A stretch of 64,000 nucleotides of DNA, taken from assembly GCA_965372795.1 (NCBI GenBank), contig CBDVDR010000018.1, forward strand, positions 10,735-74,734, given 5' to 3'. Source of the DNA: an uncultured bacterium (GTDB lineage: Bacteria; Zixibacteria; MSB-5A5; GN15; FEB-12). Below are positions 40,053-50,206 of this stretch, one piece after another (the stretch's first letter is position 1; every line of letters starts with the position of its first letter). The notes beneath the pieces are model-generated. The model searched no databases. It worked only from the letters and a program-made list of their open reading frames with translations, and was not told the DNA's origin. Position numbers and translations under genes: made by a program.

Positions 40053-40666
40053 TGGATATTGGAACGATTATTGCCGGAATATTAACTTTAGCGATTTTGA
40101 CCTTCTTATATCGGGATAATCCAATTTATAAAATGGCTGAATCATTACTGATCGGTATCTCGATAGGGTACACCCTGGTAATAATCTGGTCGTCAACGCT
40201 TGTTGATCTTTTGATTCAACCTCTCTTTGGAGAATCTAAATTATTATTGATAATCCCATTGATTTTAGGCTTGATGATGTTCAGCCGGTTCGTTCCCAAA
40301 TATTCATCACTTTCCAAAATTCCGATTGCGGTTATGATCGGTTCCGGTGCCGGGGTGGCGATTCCGGTGATGCTTGAAGCACGAATTCTAAAACAGGTTT
40401 CAGCCACAGTTATGCCATTAGTCACTGAATCAGGAATGCCAAACTTTTCTGCAATTGTAGTGATTTGCGGAGTAATGAGTACCCTTGCATATTTTTATTT
40501 CAGCCGCGAACATAAAGGATCCTTTGGTGTTGTCGCTCGCATTGGGACTTACTTTTTGATGATATTCTTTGGAACTACTTTCGGCTATACCGTGATGTCG
40601 CGAATGTCGACCTTTATAGGAAGAATGGAATTCATCCTGACTGACTTTCTCCATCTGACCAACTGA
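40052..40666 (+). CDS. Uncharacterised multi-pass membrane protein
   Basis: ~6 TM; TFLYRDNPIYKMAE, YFYFSREH, FFGTTFGYTVMSR; TGATG overlap. Confidence 0.75.
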   Translation: MDIGTIIAGILTLAILTFLYRDNPIYKMAESLLIGISIGYTLVIIWSSTLVDLLIQPLFGESKLLLIIPLILGLMMFSRFVPKYSSLSKIPIAVMIGSGAGVAIPVMLEARILKQVSATVMPLVTESGMPNFSAIVVICGVMSTLAYFYFSREHKGSFGVVARIGTYFLMIFFGTTFGYTVMSRMSTFIGRMEFILTDFLHLTN

Positions 40667-40670
40667 TATT

Positions 40671-40808
40671 ATGACCTGTAAAAAATGTAAACTCACGATG
40701 CAGGAGCAAAAAAGATCGTTTCACAAACAGCGAAAATGGATATGTCCCAAATGCGGAAAAGTGAGATTTCAACAAAATATTCCAAAAGATTCTAAACCGG
40801 GTGAATAA
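40671..40808 (+). CDS. Small zinc-ribbon protein, 45 aa (below the ORF-track cutoff)
   Basis: Hand translation MTCKKCKLTMQEQKRSFHKQRKWICPKCGKVRFQQNIPKDSKPGE*; CxxC...WxCPxCG; starts 4 nt after the upstream stop. Confidence 0.7.
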   Translation: MTCKKCKLTMQEQKRSFHKQRKWICPKCGKVRFQQNIPKDSKPGE

Positions 40809-40849
40809 TTTCCCGTAAGCTAAGTATAACTTTTAAACAATTTGAATTT

Positions 40850-41650
40850 ATGCCCGATCTTAAACCGATTGAAATAAAAATAGGTACCTCCGGTTTCAGT
40901 TTTGAAGACTGGCGTAAAGAATTCTATCCTGAAAATATTGAAAAAGGTAAAATGCTCGATCATTATATAAACTTCTTTGATACGGTTGAGATCAATTCGA
41001 CTTATTATCGCATCCCGCATCCGATGGTGATGTATAATCTGGTCAAAAAAGTCCCGAAACATTTTGAGTTTATTGTTAAAGTTCCACAATCATATACCCA
41101 TAAACGGACTAACCTTGAAAAGGATGTAAACGATTTTAATGAAGCGATTAAACCGGTGATAGAAAATAATATGTTGTCAGGATTACTGGCTCAGTTTCCA
41201 TATTCATTTAAATATTCAGAAGATGCTCTCGATTATGTCTGCATGTGCAAAGATATTGTCGCCCCTAGCAAACTGTTTGTAGAATTCAGGCATGACAGCT
41301 GGGTAAATAGAACGATGTATGACCGTTTTTGTAAGGAGAACATAAATTATGTGGCTGTTGACGGACCTCAATTAAATGGTTTGTTGAAGCCTGATTTTTT
41401 TACAACCGGAAGTACCGGCTATCTCAGACTTCACGGTAGGAATTCCGAAAAGTGGTGGAACGGGGGAGCCTTGCGATATGATTATAATTATTCACATGAT
41501 GAAATAAATGAATGGGTGGACAAATTATCTAACTCGAAGTCCAAGATGAATAAACTTTTTCTGTTTTTTAATAATTGCCACGGCGCCCAGGCTGTGAAAA
41601 ATGCTCTGGATTTGAAGCATATTTTAAAGGAGAAAGGTACTTTTAGCTGA
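40850..41650 (+). CDS. DUF72 (YecE-like) protein
   Basis: IGTSGFSFEDW..FYP, VEINSTYYRIP, QFPYSF, VEFRHDSW, RLHGRN, FFNNCH. Confidence 0.92.
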   Translation: MPDLKPIEIKIGTSGFSFEDWRKEFYPENIEKGKMLDHYINFFDTVEINSTYYRIPHPMVMYNLVKKVPKHFEFIVKVPQSYTHKRTNLEKDVNDFNEAIKPVIENNMLSGLLAQFPYSFKYSEDALDYVCMCKDIVAPSKLFVEFRHDSWVNRTMYDRFCKENINYVAVDGPQLNGLLKPDFFTTGSTGYLRLHGRNSEKWWNGGALRYDYNYSHDEINEWVDKLSNSKSKMNKLFLFFNNCHGAQAVKNALDLKHILKEKGTFS

Positions 41651-41708
41651 TTTTAGTTGACTGTGACTGTTTTGGCTCTTTATTAGCTGACTAAATATAG
41701 GAAGAAAT

Positions 41709-42641
41709 ATGTATTTACAATTAAATAACGTAAGAAAAGAATATGGCGACAAGGTTGCTGTTGAGGATTTGACCTTAGGGGTTCCAAAAGGAGTCATCTT
41801 CGGGATTATCGGTCCTAATGGTGCCGGTAAAACGACTACTATAAGAATGATAATGGACATAACCCGACCGGACTCAGGGGAGATTCTAATAGATAATAGA
41901 CCTCCCGGAAAAGAATTTAAGAACTTTGTCGGGTATCTTCCTGAAGAAAGAGGCTTATACAAGAAAATGAGCCTTAATGAAGTTATTGTCTATATGGCTG
42001 AACTTAAAGGATACCCAATAAGGAAAAATTTAGCCAAAATTGATCATTGGCTTGAAAAAGTAGGGTTATTGGAATACAAAGAGAAAAAGGTTGAAGAACT
42101 TTCTAAAGGGATGCAGCAAAAACTGCAGTTTGTTACGACTATTCTACATGAGCCTGATCTGATAATTTTGGATGAACTTTTTAGCGGGTTAGATCCGATC
42201 AATATGGAAATGATGAAGGATATTATTCTTGAATTAAAACGTAACGGTAAGACGATTTTATTCTCGACCCACGTTATGGAACAGGCTGAAAAACTATGCG
42301 ATTATATCTGTATGATTTCTCAAGGTCATAAAGTAATTGATGGTAAACTCACCGACGTTAAAGCTGAATTTGGAAAAAATACAATACAAATTAATATTGA
42401 CGGAGATGGTAAATTCATAGGTCAGCTTGTTGGCGTGAAAAGCATCACAGAATTTAATAATTATATAGAACTCAGACTTGAAGAAAATGCTGATACCAAC
42501 AGGATTTTAAAAGCTGTTGCGGACAAAGTTACTGTCAGGCGGTTTGATATTGTCGAACCCTCGCTTTATGATATTTTTATAGATATGGCAAAAGTTGACC
42601 CGACAACTTTGAATAACAACGGGGGAAGAAGCTATGAATAA
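41709..42641 (+). CDS. ABC transporter ATP-binding protein (NatA/YhaQ-like)
   Basis: GPNGAGKTT, GYLPEERGLY, LSKGMQQK, ILDELFSGLDP. Confidence 0.93.
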   Translation: MYLQLNNVRKEYGDKVAVEDLTLGVPKGVIFGIIGPNGAGKTTTIRMIMDITRPDSGEILIDNRPPGKEFKNFVGYLPEERGLYKKMSLNEVIVYMAELKGYPIRKNLAKIDHWLEKVGLLEYKEKKVEELSKGMQQKLQFVTTILHEPDLIILDELFSGLDPINMEMMKDIILELKRNGKTILFSTHVMEQAEKLCDYICMISQGHKVIDGKLTDVKAEFGKNTIQINIDGDGKFIGQLVGVKSITEFNNYIELRLEENADTNRILKAVADKVTVRRFDIVEPSLYDIFIDMAKVDPTTLNNNGGRSYE

Positions 42642-44031
42642 ATTTTGGATTATTTTTAAAAGAGAATATGCCCAGGTTGTAAAAAAGAAATCGTTTTTAG
42701 TGGGCATTTTTCTGACTCCAATATTAATGATCGGATTTGTTCTTTTACCAGCCTGGTTAACCCGTGTAAAATCATCAGAAAGCGAACCGTTTGCGATTGT
42801 TGATCAAAGCAAATATGATATAGGTAATAAACTTGTTGAGGCATTAAATAAGTACAAACTTAACGAGACCGTTGAGGAAATGATTCAAGAAGTAGCTCAG
42901 ATTGATGGCAAAACAAAGGATACTATAATAGCTTCGACTGATTCAAATCAGGCAGCTAGTGAACCTTATTATTTAATCAAAGGACTCTTTGTCATAGACC
43001 CCAGTGATCAAATCAAGTTTGATCAAACGGTTGATTCTCTTCGACAGCAAATTATTGACAAAGAGTTGAAATATTTTATGGTCATTAAATCAAATTCGCT
43101 GGACGATGATGAAAATATATATTTGGTTACAAACTCGGACAATTTCACTTCACTGCGAAGGTTCGAACGAAATATTTCACGAATTTTATCAACTATAAGG
43201 CTTGAGGAATCAGAGATAAATCTTGATGTTGATTCAGTATTAAGCCTGACAAGACGAATCGACCTTGTAGTTCAGGATGCCAAAGGGGAGTCAATTCCGT
43301 TTGAAATTAAATATTTCTCAGCTATCGCATTTGTTGGAATAATGTTCGGTATGATTGTCGGGTACGGACAGTTGGTTATGAGGTCAGTTATTGAAGAGAA
43401 AAACTCAAGGGTTATGGAAGTCTTGATTTCATCGGTCAGCCCTTTTGAATTAATGCTTGGTAAAATAATGGGATTGGGGGCTGCTACTTTCACGCAGGTT
43501 GCGATTTGGTTTTCAATCGGCGGGATAATGTTTCTTCAGAAATCAGCCTTGGATATAAATCCTTCGATTGACCGAATTATTTTCAATGCCCCGATTGTTA
43601 TATTCTTTATTCTGTTTTTGACTTTCGGTTATATAATGTTCTCAACAATTTTTGCCCTGGTTGGCTCAATTGTTAATACTGAAAAAGAAGCGCAAAGCTT
43701 TGTTATGCCGATAACAATGACTATGGTACTGCCGTTTATGGTGGGGATATATGTTGTTCAGGACCCTAACTCTACTATGGCTGTAACGATGTCAATGATC
43801 CCTCTTTTAGCTCCTACCATGATGATGATGAGGTTGGTTTTTGTCGCTCCATCAGTTTCTGAATATTCAATCTTTAGTGGCATCGTGGGCGAGGCGACCC
43901 TTGCCTTGATAATAGTAATTTTATTTACAATATTCCTGATATGGTTGACGAGTAAAATTTTCAGAGTCGGAATTCTGATGTACGGTAAACGGCCAACTTT
44001 GGGTGAAATCATTAAATGGGTGAAATCGTAA
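42634..44031 (+). CDS. ABC-2 type permease (NatB/YhaP-like)
   Basis: SVIEEKNSRVMEVLISSV, LMLGKIMG, KIFRVGILMYGKRP. Confidence 0.9.
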   Translation: MNKFWIIFKREYAQVVKKKSFLVGIFLTPILMIGFVLLPAWLTRVKSSESEPFAIVDQSKYDIGNKLVEALNKYKLNETVEEMIQEVAQIDGKTKDTIIASTDSNQAASEPYYLIKGLFVIDPSDQIKFDQTVDSLRQQIIDKELKYFMVIKSNSLDDDENIYLVTNSDNFTSLRRFERNISRILSTIRLEESEINLDVDSVLSLTRRIDLVVQDAKGESIPFEIKYFSAIAFVGIMFGMIVGYGQLVMRSVIEEKNSRVMEVLISSVSPFELMLGKIMGLGAATFTQVAIWFSIGGIMFLQKSALDINPSIDRIIFNAPIVIFFILFLTFGYIMFSTIFALVGSIVNTEKEAQSFVMPITMTMVLPFMVGIYVVQDPNSTMAVTMSMIPLLAPTMMMMRLVFVAPSVSEYSIFSGIVGEATLALIIVILFTIFLIWLTSKIFRVGILMYGKRPTLGEIIKWVKS

Positions 44032-44035
44032 AAAG

Positions 44036-44953
44036 ATGATTGAAAAAATTAGAAAATCTAAAAGACGTAAAACAGCCCGCTTCTTATTGTTGCTGGCTTT
44101 CTTTGTCTTTTTCACTGCTAACTCGCTTTATTTTATCGATCTCAGATCTAATGAAATTTATGCTTCGATAACTAAAACGTATGAATTCAATTTTGAGTCA
44201 AAGAAAAAAGGACCATACCTGAATTTAAAATCAGCCTTCTTAGTTGATTTTGAAACCGGGAATGTGCTTTATGCAAAAAATGTTAACAACCCCCGGGCAA
44301 TAGCGTCGATCACTAAACTTGTTGCTGCCATGGTTGTGCTTGATTCTAAAATTGACTTGAATAAAACCGCCGTAATTTCAAAAAGCGATGCCCGCAATTC
44401 ATCCAAATCAAGACTTAAAAGAGGCTATGAGCTAACATTGTATGATTTGTTGCATGCCGGCCTGATGAATTCTGATAATCGTGCGATGAGAGCCATTGCC
44501 CGCGAAACATACGGTTCTTATGATAAATTTGCAGAAGAGATGAATAAAAAGATAAAACGTCTCGGGCTCAAAAAATCTATATTTTACGAACCGACCGGTT
44601 TAAGTTCTAAAAATGTTTCAACGGCTGAAGAAGTTGCCAAAATTCTGCACTATTCTTATGAATATAAATTGCTGGCCGAGATAACTTCGAAAAAGAGATA
44701 CAAAGTAAAAGTTCTGAATAAAAAGAACAAACGATTACAAATGGCGAATACAAATCTTATGGTAGCCTCGCCTTACAAAGTTTTAGCCGGAAAGACCGGT
44801 TATATACGGGCGGCGGATTATTGTCTGGCTACTTTGGTTAAAAATAAAAAAGGTAAAAAACTTACCGCTGTTGTACTTGGGGTGCCGGGTGATAAACTTC
44901 GTTTCAAAGAGGCACGCAAATTAATTGACTGGGGTTTCAGACAGCTGAAATAA
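44036..44953 (+). CDS. D-alanyl-D-alanine endo/carboxypeptidase (S11, PbpG-like)
   Basis: ASITKL (SxxK), SDN, EPTGL, GKTGY. Confidence 0.88.
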   Translation: MIEKIRKSKRRKTARFLLLLAFFVFFTANSLYFIDLRSNEIYASITKTYEFNFESKKKGPYLNLKSAFLVDFETGNVLYAKNVNNPRAIASITKLVAAMVVLDSKIDLNKTAVISKSDARNSSKSRLKRGYELTLYDLLHAGLMNSDNRAMRAIARETYGSYDKFAEEMNKKIKRLGLKKSIFYEPTGLSSKNVSTAEEVAKILHYSYEYKLLAEITSKKRYKVKVLNKKNKRLQMANTNLMVASPYKVLAGKTGYIRAADYCLATLVKNKKGKKLTAVVLGVPGDKLRFKEARKLIDWGFRQLK

Positions 44954-44957
44954 CTTT

Positions 44958-45932
44958 ATGAAATCAAAAATTCTTGTTACCGGATCTTCCGGAACGATCG
45001 GGACCGGCCTTGTTAAGCAACTTCTGAAAGAAAATTACTCAGTAATTCCCCTTGATATCAAGCCATCGCTGTGGGATAAGAAAATTGACCGAAAAACTGT
45101 CTGCCATGATCTGAGGAAACCGCTTTCCAAATCTGTTATTAAATCTAAACCTGATATTATTGTTCATCTGGCGGCTAATGCCAGAGTGCATGATCTGGTT
45201 GTGAACCCCTCTATGGCCCTTGATAATTATGTTATGACTCATAATGTTCTGGAGTATGCCCGACTAAACGGTATTAAAAAAGTTATATACGCATCCTCGC
45301 GAGAGATCTATGGCGAGTCGAAAGCTAATAGAAAACGAAAAGAGATCGATTCCCACGTTCAGAATATAAAGTCGCCTTATACTGCCTCAAAATATGGGGG
45401 AGAAGCGATGGTGCATGCCTATCACGAATGTTATGACATAAAACCAGTCATAGTGCGGTTCTCTAATGTATATGGCAAATACGATGTATCTGAACGGGTT
45501 GTGCCGCTTTTTCTCTATTATGCCCTAAGAAATCGGGATATGAATATTTTCGGTAAAGAGAAGAAACTTGATTTTACCTATATTGATGATGCGGTTGATG
45601 GGGTTTGTCGAATTATTAAAAGATTTAACAAAGCCCAAGACCATACTTTTAATATTTCAAAAGGCAAAAGCGAACCTTTATATAATGTAGCTAAATTTGC
45701 GATTAAATATCTTGATTCTGAATCTAAAATTTATTTTGATTCAATCAGAGTTGGTGAAATCTCTTCATACACCGGAGATATTTCACAAGCTTCTAAAATA
45801 TTGAATTATAAACCTAAAGTGTCACTTGAAGCCGGGATGAAATTAAGTATCGAATGGTATCGGGGCGTGATGAAAGAACGCCGGATTTATGATACGCAGC
45901 GCAGGAATTTAATGAAACGCGGTTGGGCTTGA
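44958..45932 (+). CDS. NAD-dependent epimerase/dehydratase
   Basis: VTGSSGTIG, HLAA, ASSREIYG, YTASK, DFTYIDD. Confidence 0.9.
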   Translation: MKSKILVTGSSGTIGTGLVKQLLKENYSVIPLDIKPSLWDKKIDRKTVCHDLRKPLSKSVIKSKPDIIVHLAANARVHDLVVNPSMALDNYVMTHNVLEYARLNGIKKVIYASSREIYGESKANRKRKEIDSHVQNIKSPYTASKYGGEAMVHAYHECYDIKPVIVRFSNVYGKYDVSERVVPLFLYYALRNRDMNIFGKEKKLDFTYIDDAVDGVCRIIKRFNKAQDHTFNISKGKSEPLYNVAKFAIKYLDSESKIYFDSIRVGEISSYTGDISQASKILNYKPKVSLEAGMKLSIEWYRGVMKERRIYDTQRRNLMKRGWA

Positions 45933-46652
45933 TTAGCCAAACAAGTTATACTTAACTATACAGTAGATAGCTTTCATGCCGTCTTTCCAGCCGATTTTTT
46001 TACCCTCTGAATAAGTACGACCATAATAAGTGATACCCATTTCATAAATTCGGACATTCTTTTTAGCAATTTTAGCGGTCATTTCAGGTTCAACCCCGAA
46101 TCTATTTTCCTTAATATCAATAGACTGGATAATTTCACGCCGGAAAACTTTATAACAGGTTTCCATGTCAGTCAAATTAATATTGGTGAACATATTTGAA
46201 AGCAAAGTCAGCAATCGATTACCGATATAGTGCCAGAAATAAACTACCCGATGCGGACCACCGCCCATAAATCGCGATCCGTAAACAACGTCAGCCCGAT
46301 TTGAAAGGATAGGTTCGATTAAACTTGGATATTGTATCGGGTCATACTCAAGGTCGGCATCCTGAACCAAAACAATATCACCGGTAGCTTCGGCAAAACC
46401 AGACTTGAGAGCGTAACCTTTGCCAAAATTTTTGGGTTGATAAATAACTTTGGCAACCTGGGACTCAAGTTTTTCTTTGATGAGTTCACGGGAACCATCG
46501 GTGGAGTAGTCATCAACTAATATAATTTCCTTATTAGGAACCGGCGCCGATTTAACTGCATTGATAAGTTCCTCAAGAGTGGAGACTTCATTATAAACCG
46601 GGATTATAATTGATAACTTAACATTTTCAAGAGTAAGTCTTTTTTCAGCCAA
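45933..46652 (-). CDS. Glycosyltransferase family 2 (DPM1-like)
   Basis: [32 protein letters not shown]. Confidence 0.92.
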   Translation of the reverse strand: MAEKRLTLENVKLSIIIPVYNEVSTLEELINAVKSAPVPNKEIILVDDYSTDGSRELIKEKLESQVAKVIYQPKNFGKGYALKSGFAEATGDIVLVQDADLEYDPIQYPSLIEPILSNRADVVYGSRFMGGGPHRVVYFWHYIGNRLLTLLSNMFTNINLTDMETCYKVFRREIIQSIDIKENRFGVEPEMTAKIAKKNVRIYEMGITYYGRTYSEGKKIGWKDGMKAIYCIVKYNLFG

Positions 46653-46680
46653 GATAACGTCCCATAAGATATATTATGTT

Positions 46681-46702
46681 AACCTGCGAAAATGAGCAGG
46701 TT
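46681..46702. other. Intergenic hairpin between leuS and the GT2 gene
   Basis: AACCTGC-gaaaatga-GCAGGTT; no clear U-tract. Confidence 0.35.
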
Positions 46703-46729
46703 GTCATATTGTGAAATTGTCTTAAATAT

Positions 46730-49282
46730 CTATTTAACTACAATATTTAGGATTCTGCCTTTTACGAATATCTTCTTTATAATCTGCTTTTCATCAGTAT
46801 AGCCCTTAATCTTTTGACTGTCAAAGGCGGCTTTCTCAACAGCTTCCTGATCTGAATCAGCAGGAACTTTTACTGTATCTCTTAATTTACCATTGATTTG
46901 AACTGCAACTTCAAGCATATCCTCAACGATTGCTTCCGGATCAAACTCTGGCCAGGATGATTTGAAAATTGAACCGTCAAATCCACAACGTAACCACATT
47001 TCCTCAGCCAGATGCGGCGTCATAGGCGCCATTAATTGAATAATATTTATAATAACATAGTCATTTAGAAAAGAGTTCTCAACTTTATACTGTTTGTAAT
47101 CCCGTACAAGTTCCATTATGGATGAAATCGCTGTATTAAAATGAAGAGATTCGTAATTTTCAGAGCATTTTTTAATAGTCTGATTAAGTTTAATATATAA
47201 ATGCTTTTCGATATTAGTGAACTCATGTTGATTAAAGTAAACCTTTAAGTGATTAGCAGAATTAGTTGAAGGAAAATTAATAATATGTGAGTCAATAAAA
47301 TTACTATTTGGAAATGATTTGCGATAATTTTTATATAATGGGAAAAGTTTCTTAATTGCAAATTTTTCAACTCCGGTAAGAGTATCCTCTGACCATATAA
47401 CTTCTTTTTCAGATGGTGCAGTGAAAAACATGCCTAATCTTGAAATATCAACGCCTCGATTAGCCATTAAAGCGATTGGGGAGACGACATTTCCTTTTGA
47501 TTTAGACATCACGACACCATTAGAATCTGCAACCATACCGTGATTAAAAAGCCTTGTAGCGGGCTCTATGCAGTCCAAAAGTCCGATGTCATGCAGGAAT
47601 TTAGTGAAAAACCTGAAATATATCAAATGTCCGGTGGCGTGAGTAATTCCGCCAATATACAAATCAATCGGCAGCCATTTATTAGCCTTTTCAGAATTGA
47701 AAGCTTCTTTGCCATTATGAGGATCGAGATAGCGCAGGAAATACCATGATGAACAGATAAAAGTGTCCATCGTATCGGCATCACGGGTAGCTTCTCCCCC
47801 GCATTTTGGACAGGAGGTGTTCATATATTCGGGGACATCTGCTAATGGTGATCTGCCTTTTGGTTCGTAATTATCAAGTTTTGGCAGTTCTATTGGAAGC
47901 TGATCATCAGGCACCGGAACTTCACCGCATTTTTCACAATGAACAATCGGAATCGGACAACCCCAATAACGCTGGCGGGATAACGACCAGTCTTTCAGTT
48001 TGAAATTCTTTTTATGACGGCCAAAATCCTGTTTCTGAGCATGATCGGTAACTTGCTTGATAGCATCTTTACCGCTTAATCCATCAAATTTATCAGAATT
48101 CACCATTGGACCATACCCGGTAAAGGCTTCGTCTATCTCGTTGACATTCATTACAGTACTATCATCTGGATGAATTACTACTTTAATAGGAATGTCGTAT
48201 TTTCTGGCAAAAGCAAAGTCACGGGTATCATGCGCCGGAACCGCCATAACCGCTCCGGTACCGTAACCGGCAAGAACGTAATCGGCGACCCAGAGTTGTA
48301 CTTTTTCACCATTATAAGGATTGATGGCATATTTTCCGGTAAAGACACCGTCTTTATCATCTGTCGCAGCCGACCGTTCGATATCGGAACGAGCTACGGT
48401 TTTGCGTTTGTAAGCTTCGACTTTTTCTTTGTATTCACCCTCAAGATTTAAACGGCTGAGAATTTCCGCTTCCGGAGCAATTGCCATAAAGGTCACACCG
48501 TAAATAGTATCCAGACGGGTAGTATATATAGGAAGCTTCTCTTTAGTGTCTTCAATAATGAAATCAATTTCAGCACCATAAGAGCGGCCGATCCACTCCT
48601 TTTGCATTGTTTTAACATTGTCCGGCCAATTTGGGAGCGTGTCAAGGTCATCGATTAAGCGATCAGCATAATCAGTGATCTTAAAATACCATTGAACCTG
48701 TTCTTTTTTCTCAACCTCAGTGTCACAGCGATCGCATTTTCCCTGAACCACCTGTTCATTTGCCAGGACAGTTTTATCTTCCGGACACCAGTTTACGAAA
48801 CCTCGTTTACGATAGGCTAAACCCTTCTTGAACAATTGCAGGAATATCCATTGAGTCCAGTGATAGTAATCTGCAAAACAGGTCGAAATTTCCCGGGACC
48901 AGTCATAAGAGATACCAACTTTCTGCAAAGTTGTTCGAGAGACTTCAATGTTAGATTTGGTCCAGTCCTGCGGGTGAATTTTTCTTTTAATGGCGGCTCT
49001 TTCAGCCGGAAGACCAAAGGCGTCCCATCCAAAGGGATGCAAAACATCCTTCCCTTTCATCATCTGTTGACGAGTTATGGCATCACCGATAATGTAATTT
49101 CTGAAATGTCCCATGTGTATATCGCCGGAGGGATAAGCAAACATAACCAGCATATAGAATTTATTGTCATGATCGGGTATATCGACCGCTTGAAACAGCT
49201 TATCTTTATCCCAGGTATCCTGCCATTTTTTTTCTATCGCTTTAAAATCGTATTGGATAATATCTTTTTCTTCTGTTGTCAT
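46730..49282 (-). CDS. leuS: Leucine-tRNA ligase
   Basis: MFAYPSG.IHMGH, GWDAFGLPAE, YGTGAVMAVPAHD, SRQRYWG, MSKSKGN, VQINGKLR. Confidence 0.97.
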   Translation of the reverse strand: MTTEEKDIIQYDFKAIEKKWQDTWDKDKLFQAVDIPDHDNKFYMLVMFAYPSGDIHMGHFRNYIIGDAITRQQMMKGKDVLHPFGWDAFGLPAERAAIKRKIHPQDWTKSNIEVSRTTLQKVGISYDWSREISTCFADYYHWTQWIFLQLFKKGLAYRKRGFVNWCPEDKTVLANEQVVQGKCDRCDTEVEKKEQVQWYFKITDYADRLIDDLDTLPNWPDNVKTMQKEWIGRSYGAEIDFIIEDTKEKLPIYTTRLDTIYGVTFMAIAPEAEILSRLNLEGEYKEKVEAYKRKTVARSDIERSAATDDKDGVFTGKYAINPYNGEKVQLWVADYVLAGYGTGAVMAVPAHDTRDFAFARKYDIPIKVVIHPDDSTVMNVNEIDEAFTGYGPMVNSDKFDGLSGKDAIKQVTDHAQKQDFGRHKKNFKLKDWSLSRQRYWGCPIPIVHCEKCGEVPVPDDQLPIELPKLDNYEPKGRSPLADVPEYMNTSCPKCGGEATRDADTMDTFICSSWYFLRYLDPHNGKEAFNSEKANKWLPIDLYIGGITHATGHLIYFRFFTKFLHDIGLLDCIEPATRLFNHGMVADSNGVVMSKSKGNVVSPIALMANRGVDISRLGMFFTAPSEKEVIWSEDTLTGVEKFAIKKLFPLYKNYRKSFPNSNFIDSHIINFPSTNSANHLKVYFNQHEFTNIEKHLYIKLNQTIKKCSENYESLHFNTAISSIMELVRDYKQYKVENSFLNDYVIINIIQLMAPMTPHLAEEMWLRCGFDGSIFKSSWPEFDPEAIVEDMLEVAVQINGKLRDTVKVPADSDQEAVEKAAFDSQKIKGYTDEKQIIKKIFVKGRILNIVVK

Positions 49283-49360
49283 CTCAACCTCTTAAAGGAT
49301 TTGTATAAAGAGAGAATATTATGAAAAATGGAGGAAATTGCAAGTTATACTTAAATATTA

Positions 49361-50206
49361 CTATTTTGACTTTTGGGATTTAAAAATCCGGTTGAAAAGA
49401 ATTGTCCCGCCTGAAAGCGAATTTGTGAATCTCGCTTTGCTTTTCTCAAGATTGTATAACCAGCCTTTTGATAATTTTTGATAAATTGTGTTCATAGTGT
49501 CATAAGAATAAACCGGAAGTCTACCGATGGTTAGTGGCTTGTCTTTTGGACCGGGAAATTTCATCGTAAAGCCAAAATCAAAGCCGAGTTCCTTGGCAAT
49601 TTCAGTTACTTTGACGTTTACCCGACCAAAGGGATAACTGATTGTGTTTACTTCTTTTGAGATTATATCTTCTAAGATATGTTTCGATTTCAACAGTTGT
49701 TCTTTTAACTCTTTGCTTGAAAGTGCGGTGAGATCATTATGAAAATGACTGTGCGTACCGAATTCAATGCCTAATTCAGCGAGTTGTTTAATTTCAGAAA
49801 CATTAAAATGTCTGTCTTTTTGAAAGTGATAGCTGTAGTCCCAGCTGTTATCTTTGCCGATGTGATCGGTGGGAATAAATATTAATGGTTTAATATCGTA
49901 TTCATTTATGATTTCAGGAAGAATTTCTAAAAGATGGGCATAACCATCATCAAAAGTTAGGACCAGTTCCGGCTTATCCCCTGCTTTAAAGTTTCTATTT
50001 AAAGTTTTTGAAAAAGGATTGAATTTGAAGTTTTTCTCAGACAAGAAATCAATTAGATGTTTAAATCTATTGGGAGAGAAATTTGTCACTCCATAGGTAA
50101 ACTTTGATTGTATTTTGTGAAAAGCTAAATGTTGGACAAAGGGATAAAATTGTTTTTGAGAGTCAGACCAATGATCATCAGCCATAATTAAAATCACTTT
50201 TTTCAA
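49361..50206 (-). CDS. Polysaccharide deacetylase (CE4)
   Basis: LTFDDGY, FGTHSHFH, SYPFG; start may be the internal MADDHW. Confidence 0.85.
   Translation of the reverse strand: MKKVILIMADDHWSDSQKQFYPFVQHLAFHKIQSKFTYGVTNFSPNRFKHLIDFLSEKNFKFNPFSKTLNRNFKAGDKPELVLTFDDGYAHLLEILPEIINEYDIKPLIFIPTDHIGKDNSWDYSYHFQKDRHFNVSEIKQLAELGIEFGTHSHFHNDLTALSSKELKEQLLKSKHILEDIISKEVNTISYPFGRVNVKVTEIAKELGFDFGFTMKFPGPKDKPLTIGRLPVYSYDTMNTIYQKLSKGWLYNLEKSKARFTNSLSGGTILFNRIFKSQKSK

Noticed and set aside
45930..45935. Abutting convergent stop codons (also the 4-nt overlap at 1653-1656)
   Set aside because: Ordinary compact gene packing with no further evidence of antisense regulation
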